Assembly (NCBI GenBank): GCA_963693365.1
Contig: CAVNZM010000010.1
Location: 2,480,001 to 2,544,000, forward strand
Direction: 5' to 3'
Origin: Amoebidium appalachense
Taxonomy: Eukaryota > Protista > Ichthyosporea
DNA length: 64,000 nucleotides
Positions within the stretch are counted from its first letter, which is position 1. Every line of letters starts with the position of its first letter. Of this stretch, positions 14,821 to 30,442 are shown one piece after another. A program made the translations under genes and the position numbers. Below the pieces are notes generated by a model. It was not told the DNA's origin. It did no database searches and was given only the letters and a program-made list of their open reading frames with translations.

Positions 14821-15492
14821 GTGTGCGTGTGCGTGTGTGTGCGAGTGTGTGTGTGGGTGGGTGTGCGAGTGTGTGTGTGTGTGCGTGTGCCAGTGTGTAT
14901 GTATAATATGTGCCTCACGGTGTGCCACACGGTGCACGTCACAGATCTTAGACTAGACGTACCGTGTGTGCTCTTGTGTAAGTGTGTGTGTCGGCGTGAC
15001 CGCACGTGTATCTGCACAGTGTTCCAAGGCCGTGTATGTGTGGGATCGTACCAGCGTGTGTATGCCCGTGTATGCCTAGGCCTGTGCAGTCGGGCCCAGT
15101 GGGGCAATAATGTGCGTGTTTTCGAAGCGCGCTATCGTGCACGCTCATCTGTTGAAGTGCATTGCATCCTATTAGTATAAACATAATATCACAATTTGTG
15201 TGCAATCTTTGTGCCGTTATGCGTGCTCGGTGTGTGTGTGTGTTTGGCGACATACAGTGTGCTTGTGTTTCAGATATGATACATGTTTATGTGTGTGTGT
15301 GTGCGTGCGTTTTTGCAGTGTGCACTGTGCAACGGTCTCTCGGCTCCTTTCCAGCTAAATCTCTAGAGATCTCTCAGCTCTCTCTAGACTCCCCCCTCTC
15401 CTCTTACACACGAGTCGCTCTCTCTGACACACACACACACTCTCTTCTCTCTATCTCGCTCTTCTTCCCTCCGGACTCCCTTTCTCTCTCTC

Positions 15493-15713
<221 letters not shown>

Positions 15714-15929
15714 TGTGTGTGTGTGCGTATGTGTGTCCTTCTCTCTCTCGCTCTCGGCCTGGATCTCTGTCTCTATTTCTCTTTCTCTCTCTGTGACGTG
15801 TGGTGTGTGCATATGTACATTTGTGTGTGTGTGTGTGCATGTGTGTGTGTGTGTGTGTCTCACGATGTGTTTGCATACCACGTGTTTATGAGATGTGTGT
15901 GTGTCACATTGTAAGTGTACATGTGTGTG

Positions 15930-16040
<111 letters not shown>

Positions 16041-16296
16041 ATGTTCTGTGTACATTCTAAGGCTCTCGGTGTACATGCTTGTGATTGGTCTAAGGCTCTC
16101 GGTGTACATGCTTGTGATTGGCGGAGTGGTAACAGTGTGTGCATTTGTGTGATATATATGGTGGCCTAGTCTGCAGCGAACATTGGCCCATGACTGCCAA
16201 TGCGTAACGTGTGTATGCGCTGAGGTGCTTCAAGTTCCCAGGTCGGAGTCCGTGTGTGTTTGGGCGGGTCATAATACAGTACTGTAATACGGCACA

Positions 16297-16414
<118 letters not shown>

Positions 16415-16538
16415 CTTGTGTGTGTGTGCGCACGCACACTACTGTATACCGTCTGTGCTTACCACGGTGGTTTAGATAGTAAGAATTCAATACTTGGCAA
16501 CTTCTGATAATGCATTAATGATGATGTTACACCAACAG

Positions 16539-17886
16539 GGCGTGTATGCAATTTGAGCTACACCAAGTGGGTCTACAAGGGCATCTTGGACATGGGCGGC
16601 GACCCACTCCCCAAATGCTGCTATACAGGAGACATTAGCGGCTCTACCAATATCTTGTCTTGCCACCAAGCCCAGCCATGTGGGACTGGGGACGAAGCCC
16701 TTACCATTGAAAAAATTGTGTGCTACAACCTGGAGACAACTTCCTACACATCCTATATGGACCCGTTTGTAGTCATCAAGTACGGCTCTTCGAGTGCACC
16801 TTTCACCTATACAACGTCCGTCGGGACACAAATGTCCAGCGCATGGAATGTAAAATTCCCATTGTACAATGCAAATGCTGACCTGGCGGTGGATGTGGAG
16901 GTGTTGGACGACAATACCTTAACGAATCCGTTGCTTGCGACAGCATCCTTTTCCCTTGGCAGTGTTTTTTCGCAACTGCAAGCCGACGACCTTACCAGCC
17001 AAGTGACGCTTACCATCGAGACCAATAAGTTCGATTCTTATTATGTCGTCATAGACGAGAAGCCATATTGTACCTTGAGCTTTCGTCAGTTGTTGCCTCG
17101 GAATGTCCCCCAGTGGTCTGACTGGACGGCACAGGGAGACTGCTCGGTCACGTGCAATACCGGCTCCCAGGTGTGTATATATGTCCTGCCTACCAACAAT
17201 GCGAGTTTGCATTCTAGATTGTCAGGTCTGTTTGACTCAACGGCTGGAATCTGATTACGAACATAAGGGCCTGAATGCCATATTTTCTAAGTACAGATAG
17301 TATATATCATACTAAATGTATACTACTATATACTATTGATGTTATGATACTACACCGTGACATCATACGCGCGCGCACACACACACACACACACATGTAC
17401 ACGTACACACACCCCCACTGTTGTACTCACCGTGGCTCACACCGCGCCGTGTACACTGCCAACAGACACAAAGAAGTGCACTTCCCCCACTCAGCACCGC
17501 AGTACTCAATGACATAGATGACAGTAAAAACACGTCTTGATCTGTGACTCAGACCTGTTGGCGCCTGCATAAAATCTAACTAGACTTCCCATCCCCAACC
17601 ACGTGCGCAGACTTTCACCCGCACATGCACAACCGGCACCACCAACACACCGGGCAGTTGTAGCGGCGAGTCGACGACAACACGTCAGTGCACACTTTCT
17701 CCCTGCCCTGTAGTCACAACAACCACCCCCATTCCCACGGTGACCGATTCTGTGTGGACCCCGTGGAGCCCCAGCGGATCGTCTAATAGGGACGACAACT
17801 TGGCGTCGGTGAATGGGCCAATGTGGACACTGGGCATGTGGGCTAGGGCCATGGCGACACTGTGTGTGTGGATGTATGCCTATTAG
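16539..17886 (+). CDS. C2-domain + thrombospondin type-1 repeat protein, last two exons (16539-17170, 17611-17886)
   Basis: C2-like MDPFVVIKYG...WNVKF...VEVLDDNTLTNPLLATASFSL; TSP1 WSDW...CSVTCNTGSQ joined in phase 0 to TFTRTC...SCSGESTTTRQCTLSPCP; Thr-rich stalk; hydrophobic C-terminus; TAG 17884-17886. Confidence 0.82.
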
Positions 17887-18559
17887 TAAGTCATGGGCAT
17901 CAGCAAGTATTACTTGATCGCTCTGACTATACAAAACTGAACTCTGCCAGTGTTGAGCATTAAATGGCTTACACGGACATGCATGATACTTCGTTTGCAT
18001 CGGCTTACTATATCGACCTTTAAGGTTAGCCCTAGCTAGTGACTGACATGCTTTATAGCAATGGGTTGAAAAATACGTTTTTCTTTGGTTTTATAACTTA
18101 GACGTACTTCATGCCCAATTCATGCCCAACGAGGGCACGGTCTTAAGGGTTAGATCTAAATCGGGGCCGTGGTGGCATATTGTTGAGAGTTCTTGTAGCT
18201 CGATTAGAATATCCCCAACAGGGCATTTATTCACTTTCTCCGGGCCCAGTGGGCCACGTCCCAATAAACTTTTGTAGACTAGTGTACTGTGTACACTTGG
18301 GTATCAAGGCAAGTTTGAGGCACTTGAAGTCGAAGCATTTGAGCTGCTCTCGTTTTCGGTTATAATGCATTCTAAGAACTTGGATGATGCGGGTATCACT
18401 GAAGTGTCCCTGCTGATTAGACTTTCTCTGGGCGTAGTATATTGTGGCCATGTTGCCAATGAGCACCTCAATGTGCAATGTATTACTCATCATGATGTTA
18501 TTCGTCACTATGATACCTTGATTTCCAGTGTGCACAAGTATGGCCAAGGGAATGACCAC

Positions 18560-18865
18560 CCATCGAGCAATGATGGCTTCCGACTTGGGAAAGACACCAC
18601 GAAAAGCCTTTTCTTTTTTTTTTTTTTTTTTTTTTTTTTGTTGGGGGGGGGGGGGGGGGGGTTAAGGGAAGGAGTACATGATAATCACATGTGTAATGAT
18701 AAGTGGGCGAATCAAGCATCTTGTGCAACAAATCTAGACGCATCGGGCAATGATGGTTTCCGGCTTGGGAAAGGCACCGCAACAGCTTTAGTATTTTTTT
18801 TTTCTCGCCGGAGGGGGGGGGGGGGGGGGGGGTGTACATGGTGATTACATGCGATATGATAACTG
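18560..18865. repeat. Diverged ~180-bp tandem duplication containing poly-T/poly-G
   Basis: CATCG(A/G)GCAATGATGG(C/T)TTCCG(A/G)CTTGGGAAAG at ~18561 and ~18741, each followed by T run, G run and TACATG.T.AT.ACATG. Confidence 0.8.
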
Positions 18866-19096
18866 GGCGTGTCAGGCATCTATGTGCAACATTGCGTATG
18901 TTATTGCACCTCTGTGAGTTGCAACCCCATCAGTAGCCACACAGAAAAATGCCACAGAAAGCCTTAAGAACTTGTTCAACATACATGCCGCAATGCACAC
19001 ACACAAACCGTTTTTAGCACACACATTTAAACACAACCACACGCAGTGTGAAACGCTTACACGCACATACAGGCACACACACACGCGCGGGCAAAC

Positions 19097-19128
<32 letters not shown>

Positions 19129-19206
19129 CCACAGACACAGACACACACACACACACACACACACACACAAGCACACACCCACACACACACACACTGTGCC
19201 ACACAC

Positions 19207-19307
<101 letters not shown>

Positions 19308-19340
19308 CACGCACGTAACATGGTTTACATACAAAACACT

Positions 19341-19382
<42 letters not shown>

Positions 19383-20150
19383 CCCCCCCCCCCGCCCTCC
19401 GGAGATTTCAAGCCGAGAAAGGATCAACGAAATCCGTTGAACATATACACATTGTACAGATAACCGTACATAACTCATCAAGACAACAGCCCCGGCGGCC
19501 AGAGTCAATGTGGAACATGAGTCAGACAATAAACTGGACCCCGGGCCCGGACGGACATAAAACAATAATGTTAAGTACTTCATTGGGTTATGAGGTGTTA
19601 ATCAATGATTCCCAGTGGTAGTGCTAAGTGAGTGCTTGCCCGATGCATATGTGGGCTTCGGTTCCCTGCGGGCGAGCGGACCGGGGGGGGGGGGGGGGGA
19701 GGAGGGGGGGGGGAGGGGGGAGGGGGGGTATTTAAAAGGTTCGAATTCGTTGCTGCCGTACAACTGCTAAAGCTTTGTACATGTACACTTGGCAATCCCG
19801 GTAAGATGGTATCATACTTGCGTAGTTTGCCAACCTACTATTGCTGGCAGCACTTGGCACACCCAACCCCACCACCAGCACAACAAACAGTGCAGTCCAA
19901 CACACAGTGACTGACGCTCGAGTCGCTGCTACCCGTTTCGTTTGCACCCTTCCTAACCCCTCGGGCTTTTTTGTGACTTGCGGTAGCATAAATTTTGGCT
20001 TTTTGAATTCCGTTTTCCTGTATGTAAGGCCCCAAACGGTTGCTAATTGTGAATCCAGGACCAGAAAATGTAACAGAAAGGCATCCGGAGAAGTCCGTGT
20101 AAGCACAGAGCAAAACATATGTTTGGTTAACTTTGTGTCCAGGTTTGTGA

Positions 20151-20231
<81 letters not shown>

Positions 20232-20248
20232 TGTGTGTGTGTGTGTGC

Positions 20249-20349
<101 letters not shown>

Positions 20350-20400
20350 TGTGTGTGTGTCTGTGTGTGTCTGTGTGTGAGTCTATGTATGTGTGTGTGT

Positions 20401-20501
<101 letters not shown>

Positions 20502-20576
20502 GGTGGGTGGGTGTGTGTGTGTGTGGGGGGGGGGGGTATGACGGTGAGGTTTGATGCTCTGACCATAGACATGGAT

Positions 20577-20728
20577 TGGGCAAGGAAACAGTGGGGCCTA
20601 CTATTCCCCTAATCCCCCCCCCCCCCTTCCCCCCCCCCCCCCCCCCAAAAAAAAAGAAAAAATAAATAAAATAAATATAAAAATATCAAAAAAATGGGCA
20701 AGAACACAGTGGCCTACTGTTCCCCCAA

Positions 20729-20762
<34 letters not shown>

Positions 20763-20938
20763 ATAATAATAATAATAAGTAATAATAATACTAGTAAAAA
20801 ATGGGCAAGAACACAGTGGGGCCTACTATTTCCCCAATCCTTCCCTCCCCCCCCCCTCCCCCCCAAAAAATAAAAAATAAAAAAAATAAAAATCATAATA
20901 ATAAGTGGGCAAGAACACAGTGGGGCCTACTATTTCCC

Positions 20939-20981
<43 letters not shown>

Positions 20982-20982
20982 C

Positions 20983-21013
<31 letters not shown>

Positions 21014-21050
21014 AAAAAAGAAAAAAGAAAAAAAAAAAAAAGAAAGAACA
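20577..21050 (+). repeat. Four tandem units of TGGGCAAGAACACAGTGGGGCCTACTATTTCCCCAATCC + poly-C + A-rich tail
   Basis: Units start at ~20577, 20694, 20802, 20906. Confidence 0.88.
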
Positions 21051-21175
21051 AATTTCAAATTGAACTATAATTAGTGACCTCTATGCATATCCACGCACAT
21101 ACGGTCATCATAATAGCGCACACATGTCACAGACACACACACACGCACATACACACACACACACACGCGCGCGCG

Positions 21176-21217
<42 letters not shown>

Positions 21218-21238
21218 CACGCACACACGCACACATGT

Positions 21239-21272
<34 letters not shown>

Positions 21273-21290
21273 CACACACACGCACGCACG

Positions 21291-21340
<50 letters not shown>

Positions 21341-21609
21341 TTAAACGCATACACACGCACACGCACACACACACAAACACACAAACACGGAGAGACAGAC
21401 ATGCGTGCACACGCACACACCCGCACGCACGCACACACGCGCACGCACGCAAGCACGCATGCACGAACACGTGCACACACAAATGCGCATACACAAACAC
21501 ACACTCTCTCTCACATGCGCGCGCACACACACATGCACACGCCTACACACACACACTCTCTCTCTCTCTCATGGACACACACACACGCACATGCACGCGC
21601 GCACACACA

Positions 21610-22468
<859 letters not shown>

Positions 22469-22748
22469 TTAACGGCGATGGTTCATATATGCTGAATGAA
22501 AACTTACCTAAGTCTTATTAGTTTTTTTTTTTTGACGGTGTTCATGTTGGCACATATACTGCAGTCAGGTACTTCCATTGGAAAGAGCAACACCCTCGGA
22601 CCACATTTTCATGATGGATTTTCCACTTGCTCACACCGACGGTCCCGGATGATACACACAGTCTGCCTTCAGCTTGAAACATAATGCAAATGATGATGTC
22701 TGAATCATAACCGAAACCCACGAGTCATTAATTCACACAGTCTCCAGC

Positions 22749-22784
<36 letters not shown>

Positions 22785-22974
22785 GAGCCTCCGGCATTAA
22801 TACTGACCCCTTCCCGGGGCCCTCTCCTCGCTTCCTCCACCTGCCCACCCAATATTACCCCCCCCCCCCCACCCCCCCCCCCCTCTCTCCCCCCCTCCTT
22901 CCTCCGGCTCCCGCCCCACCCCTTTATGAATGAACCCCCCCCCCCCCCCCCCCTCATCTCCTCCCCCCTGCTCT

Positions 22975-24030
22975 CTAATACTGTCATCTTCCCATGATTA
23001 ACGGCAAGACTTAGAAGTTGAGTTTTATATATGTTTATTAGTTTGTTGTAGTTTGTTTCCTTTTCCCTTTTCCTTTCTTCCTTTCTTTCTTTCCTTTCTG
23101 TTTCCGTGTGCACCGATATCTTAGATCTGTGTACACATCGAGATATTTAGCCCGCACACACGTATTGTTGTTTGCGTCAATATCTAAATATGTCATCCAA
23201 TCAGATCTTGTTATATTTTCCCACATATAGTAACCTACATTCCTCATTAATTCTATTCGATTCCTTTCCCATTCCATTCCTTTCTATCCTCATTCCTTTT
23301 CCTTCTTTTCCCACGACGTAGCATTGTTCTATGTTCCCCAACTATTAGAAATACTTATATTTAGACGTGTTATGTTAAGAACCGTTGTATAAATATATAA
23401 TGTGAACTAATAGATACATAAGTGGTTTCATTTTGTTAAATGTTTCCGTACTTTTATTAGAAGATTACTTTCATTAGAGGATTGCGTTTTATCTTCTATG
23501 TGTCGACAGGCATTTCGATCGATTTATTTTACCCTCATAGTTTTCGTCTTTCTGATTGGAAAATAGAGTTTTCGTTCTTTTGATTGGTTTATCGATTTCA
23601 CATTCCTGAGTATAAAAAGAACTTCATCTTGGAATAAATATCAAGCAGTCGAATTCATTTCCTATGGTTCCAGAAATCGTTCCACCTCTCCGGTTGTGTT
23701 TCTCCCGTGTGTCTCTGTGTTGTGTATAACATAACACCCATCTGTCACGGTGCTCTCTGCTTCTCCGTTTACCCACACAAAACAACAAATACTGACCCCT
23801 CCTCCCTCTTTAAAGGAGTTCATTTCTCGCCTTTTCTTTTCTTTTCTTTTCTTTTCTTCCATTGGACATCTGTGCTCACACCTTGTGCGCACGCCAGCAG
23901 AGGTCCTAAGTTTCAAAAAAGGCGTGTAAGAGTATTTGCTTGAAATGTGTTTGTGTGTTTGTGTGAAGTGCGTCATGTGCCACAGTGTATTTTATCACCA
24001 GTGTGTGTGACACCTAGGTGTGGCTACATC
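22975..24030 (+). repeat. Degenerate LTR related to the copia-1 LTR (ends uncertain)
   Basis: Shared blocks AATAC.GTCA...CCATG...GCAAGA and GCAC.GATATCT.TAGATCTGTG.ACAC in the same order as in 3659-3920. Confidence 0.45.
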
Positions 24031-24478
24031 CATACTTCGCCTTGGTTATAATGAGGAGAAAAACAATGGCCCACATTTTACATAATTTATAAAATTTTAG
24101 AACCTAGAGAAGTATCTTAGTCTGAGTATCGAAGTGTCGTATCTAACACATGTGCACTATTTGAAATACTAAGATCAACAGCACCTGTGTCGCTCACATC
24201 TTCACAAATTCTTCTGCTCGATCAGATGCTCATGCACAGTTTAGTCGTGTACCATAGGCATTGAAACGAGTCTCCTCCCCCCCCCCCCCCCCCCCCCCCC
24301 CTCTCCTTCTCCCCACCGGGCAGCCCCTCTGCCTCAGCAGTTTATGAGTATTGAGTATGTATGTGTGGCATTACACCATATATTATTACTCTAGAGCTCA
24401 GCAGTTTCTTCAAGCCGTACAGTCGACCATTTATTGTGTTTGGACCAGCCAAGCAAACGTTTTTATGGTGTTCCGGCT

Positions 24479-24513
<35 letters not shown>

Positions 24514-24639
24514 CTCGGCCCGTCTTGCCTTGCGGGAGATATGCTGATGGACAAACAAGGGGCTAGGCAAGAGAGGCATTTACGTAACGAAATCGACACA
24601 AAAACAGAAAAGCTGAAATATACGACACTTTTACACCAT

Positions 24640-25207
24640 CTATGAAAACTACCCCGGGACGTGTGTTGCCTCTAGGGGGACATCCCCTTGGACGAAAGTG
24701 AACCTGCAATGGTTGTAAACCACGGCAAGCCCCCAGTCATCAATTTATTGATCCGTGAGGTCCTTGTGCCCAAAAAACGGGGGAAGTCTTCGCCCCGTGA
24801 AAAAACAGCACGTATGTGTGGATCAATGGGGGTTGAGTGTTGGGTGTAGGTGGGTGGGTGAAAAGAAAATATAGCTGTAAAGCTGCAGGTGCTAAACACA
24901 GAAGATGTGTCTGTTGCTTGCTGATCTGCTAAAAACTGTCGTGCTTATATACCTAAGGCTACCGATCTGAGCCAATCAAAATCGATCTAGTGTTATGTGA
25001 AATCTAATCACTGAGCCAATCAAGCTCGGTCTAGTGATCTGTGGAATCTGATGTTTTGATCGGCTAATAGGTGCCCGTATGCGGGCAGCCGAACGCGAGC
25101 TGCTAAAACACGAAACGAAGCCTACATGGTTATGTTGATATCGGACACCCATCCTACGTGTTTACCCAGAAAAATATTTATGTCAATAAAACTCCACAAA
25201 TAAAACC
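24640..25207 (-). mobile_element. Solo terminal (A + spacer + B) remnant of the Ngaro-like family
   Basis: Reverse-complement match to ~36930-37497, ending at the same TTTTCATAG; no coding region. Confidence 0.88.
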
Positions 25208-25556
25208 AAAACAATGCAACTCCAATATCTTGCATATCAAACCAAATCGATTATAAAAAGAGATCAGAACGACATGACTGCCTGCTGCAAACACCGGGGC
25301 ACCCTCCATCTACGGCTACTAAAAGGATTTAAAGGCTTAATGTTTGCCTGTGATTGGCTGCAACTAAAATCCTTTACGTCTTCAATGATATAAATAATCC
25401 GGAAAATAATACGTCTTTAACTTATAAACTTTTGTAGTCCAGTTAGATTTCCAAGCTGCAGAACACTACCTATACTATTCCAATTCGATGATAATACATT
25501 CTCTCAACTTTTACGCAAATTACACCTTCATGTCACACAGCGAACCCTCTACTCAA

Positions 25557-26920
<1,364 letters not shown>

Positions 26921-27423
26921 CTGGGGGGGGGGGGGGGGGGGTGACTGTGGGAAGGGGGGGGGGGGGGGAGGGAGGAGGAGGAGGGGGGGGGGGGGGGGGG
27001 GGAGGGGGGAGGGGAAAGCTGGATGAGTGTTTTGAATACAAAAGAGCATAAGGAACAATTACATCATGTTGTAATATTTGATCTTAAAAAGAGACATTTA
27101 TTAGGGCCTGTTTGGCAGCACCCCAATAATCGTATTTGTATTTAGGCCCTAAATACGATCTACCGTATTTACAAAATTTATCGTGGTATGCGTATTTAGG
27201 GCCTAAATACGGTTGGTGCCTTCCAAACGCTGTCAGGCGTGACTGGTCACATAAAATGTCGATACATGGTTCACGAGATCTGATTGGCCTTATTCGCACC
27301 CATTGATCCCTTCGGTATGCGCCCATGCATATAGGCTGGTGCAGCTGTAATCAGTATTACAGCGAACGGCAAAAACGAGTCACCGACAGTGAATCTTGCT
27401 CTGATTAACAATAGCGGGTTAGA

Positions 27424-27790
27424 ATGTCTGTTATTGAAGGGATACTGCCAGTTATTGCGGTGGTGTGTGCAGCTGCTGGCGCAGCAATTGTTATGCAATA
27501 CGCATCTGAAAACAAGCAGCAGCAAAACACACGCTCACTCTCTAGATCTGGAAAGGAATATGTTCGTGAGCTGTTAGAATCGGGACACCCTCGTCGTGTT
27601 TTGCGCATCATGCGCGCAAGCCCCGAAGCCACAAGCCAGTTAATTGAAGAGATGTGGCCTTACGTGAAAGAGAGTGCGCACATGGACATTGAAGAGATCG
27701 TGTGTCTACTGATGCTTATTCTTGGGCATGGCGACTCGGTTCGCAGGACGGCCAAGGAAATACAACACAGCACGGAGACTATCAATAGGT
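27424..27790 (+). pseudogene. N-terminal fragment of a PIF-like transposase
   Basis: SGKEYVRELLESGHPRR...EEIVCLLMLILGHGDSVR...QHSTETINRY resembles the PIF transposase N-terminal HTH region; DDE core absent. Confidence 0.78.
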
Positions 27791-27838
27791 ACCGTGTAGG
27801 GTTCCTCGTCCTCTGTCTTACCTGTGCAGCCCAAATTC

Positions 27839-28902
27839 TGTTGGAAGTAGAGTCCGCTGTGACTAGGCCCTCGTCGTGGCGCGCTTGGGCGCTGACCCGT
27901 TTTTTTACTGCTTTCAGTGTGTTAACTCCATGACTGAACTCCATGTCTGCACCTGGCAGAGACGTGGCTTATATACCCGTGGGGCAGCAGTCTGGAATGT
28001 AATCCGGATGCCAGGCGCTAATCGGATTGGTTACTTTCATTTAGAGATCTCTGGGACCAGTGAACCAATCGTTTGCAGTCAAAACACAATTGGCAACATT
28101 CCTCAACTATGCAGATGTGCATGTGGTGATCGAGTGTCAGCGTGTGTCTGTGTACACGGAACCAATTGTAAAGCTAACATACACATATTGTGGAGTGAGC
28201 GTAAGTCTGCACTCCAACACCCCTACCCAATTGGAGAAGTGTACACACCACTAGAGAAGAGAGAGTGAGTGTGGCTACTTGCAGGGTAGACCGGGGTGTG
28301 CATTCCACTGTGGTGCTTGCCCCGCCAATGAAGTGGAATACTTGACGTTGATGTCGCAGGCTGCTGCGGATGGATTTTGTGGAAGCGAAAGTCTCTACTT
28401 CACGGAAATACGCTCGCGGGTGTAGGGTACAGCCTAGAAGTCGGTTTCTGGCTCCTCCGTTCAAGGCGTCGTAGGGGACGTGAAGTTAGAGGCCGCGGTG
28501 TCGTGTCTGGGCCCATAACCCTGTTGGAAGTAGAGTCCGCTGTGACTAGGCCCTCGTCGTGGCGCGCTTGGGCGCTGACCCGTTTTTTTACTGCTTTCAG
28601 TGTGTTAACTCCATGACTGAACTCCATGTCTGCACCTGGCAGAGACGTGGCTTATATACCCGTGGGGCAGCAGTCTGGAATGTAATCCGGATGCCAGGCG
28701 CTAATCGGATTGGTTACTTTCATTTAGAGATCTCTGGGACCAGTGAACCAATCGTTTGCAGTCAAAACAAAATTGGCAACATTCCTCAACTATGCAGATG
28801 TGCATGTGGTGATCGAGTGTCAGCGTGTGTCTGTGTACACGGAACCAATTGTAAAGCTAACATACACATATTGTGGAGTGAGCGTAAGTCTGCACTCCAA
28901 CA
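27839..28902 (-). mobile_element. TRIM-like miniature copia-type LTR retrotransposon (1064 bp)
   Basis: 381-bp LTRs 27839-28219 and 28522-28902 (TGTTGGA...TCCAACA), TSD AATTC, PBS GGGTTATGGGCCCAG (28521-28507), PPT GGGTAGGGG (28228-28220), 302-bp interior. Confidence 0.93.
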
Positions 28903-29463
28903 AATTCATGTGCCAATTTTAACTGAGCATGTACACAAAATGACGTGTATGACACCGACCTTCTTTTTAACAGTGAATTGTTCACGTGCATGCGCCAGCA
29001 TGCATACCGTAGTAAAAATGTGCCCGCCGCGGCTTACGCTGTACCATTGGCTAGCTGATAGCCAATAAATGATGAGAAATGCTCTGATAGGCTTATTTCC
29101 TATATCGTATTTACGAAAATCACCTCCGGAGGTGATTTTCGTAAATACGATATAAAAGCGATCCCTATCGTATTTACAAAAAATAAAAGCCCGCAGCGTG
29201 TTTGGCATGCCACAGGATCGTATACGTATTTAGGCCCTAAATACGAATACGATAAAAAACCGTATTTAGTGCGCTACCAAACAGGCCCTTACTCGTTTCG
29301 TTTTTCCAAGTTTGAGATGCCACAGATGGAATATAAAGAAGTGGCGGCGATGATGTTTGTAGAGGGGGCAAGGACAGGGAACGAAGAATATACCCATTGT
29401 TCGGAATCGATGAGATATGGGTACTTGTATGTGGAGTGGAGAAAGCAAGCGGGGGCAAGGCTC

Positions 29464-29620
<157 letters not shown>

Positions 29621-29752
29621 GTGGGCGTGTGTGGGCGTGTGTGTGCCAGTTGGGAGGTGGTGGTGGCAGAAGTGGTTGTGGTGATGGTGGGGGGGAGAGG
29701 GTAGAGTGAGGAGAGGGTGAAACATGGCCCGGAGCCCGAGCGGCCACGGCCG

Positions 29753-29789
<37 letters not shown>

Positions 29790-29799
<10 letters not shown>

Positions 29800-30420
29800 G
29801 GGGGCAGGGGGGCAGGGGGGCAGGGGGGCAGGGGGGCAGGGGGGCAGGGGGGCAGGGCAGGTGCAGTGGGACAGGGCGCAAGTGATGGGGATGATGGGGA
29901 TGATGGGGATGAGGCGGGCGTGGGCAAGCGTGGCAAGGGAGAGTGGTGAAGGGATGAGTTAAGATGATAATGGTGAGGGGGATGAGTCAAGATGATAGTG
30001 GTGAGGGGGATGAGTCAAGATGATAGTGGTGAGGGGGATGATGGGGATGTGGGCGGGCATGGCGGGCATGGCAAGCGATAGTGATGATGGGGATGTGGCG
30101 GGCATGGCGGGCATGGCGGGCATGGCGAGATGATGGGGACAGGGCATGGTGATAGTAGTGAGAGGAATGATAGTAGTGAGAGGAATGATAGTAGTCAGTG
30201 GAATGTTAGTAGTGAGAGGAATGATAGAGACGATAGGGACAGGGCATGATGATAGTAGTGAGAGGAATAATAGAGACAGGGCATGATGATAGATAACAAA
30301 TCAAGATGACAAATATGTGGAATGTGATAAACCAAATAGTACGATAAACATGATAAAGCAGGCCATTATGATAGTAGTGAGAGGAATGATAGAGACAGGC
30401 CATGATGATAGATATGAATC
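29790..30420. repeat. Compound minisatellite: (GGGGGGCA)n, GGCGGGCAT, GATGATAGTAGTGAGAGGAAT units
   Basis: Visible degenerate tandem units. Confidence 0.8.
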
Positions 30421-30442
30421 ATTATGAATCAATATGAATCAG

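Larger units (their letters stand above)
27104..29288 (+). mobile_element. Non-autonomous PIF/Harbinger DNA transposon copy 2 with both ends
   Basis: 12-bp perfect TIR GGGCCTGTTTGG / CCAAACAGGCCC, TTA target duplication (27101-27103, 29289-29291), subterminal palindromes. Confidence 0.93.

Noticed and set aside
17465-17540. Alternative next exon for the TSP1 repeat
   Set aside because: The exon at 17611 completes the TSP1 Cys/Arg pattern in phase; this one does not
20577-21050. CRISPR-like 38-bp repeats
   Set aside because: Spacers are poly-C and A-rich low complexity
27876-29068. Duplicated 130/169-aa ORFs as a gene pair
   Set aside because: They are read through the two TRIM LTRs on the opposite strand
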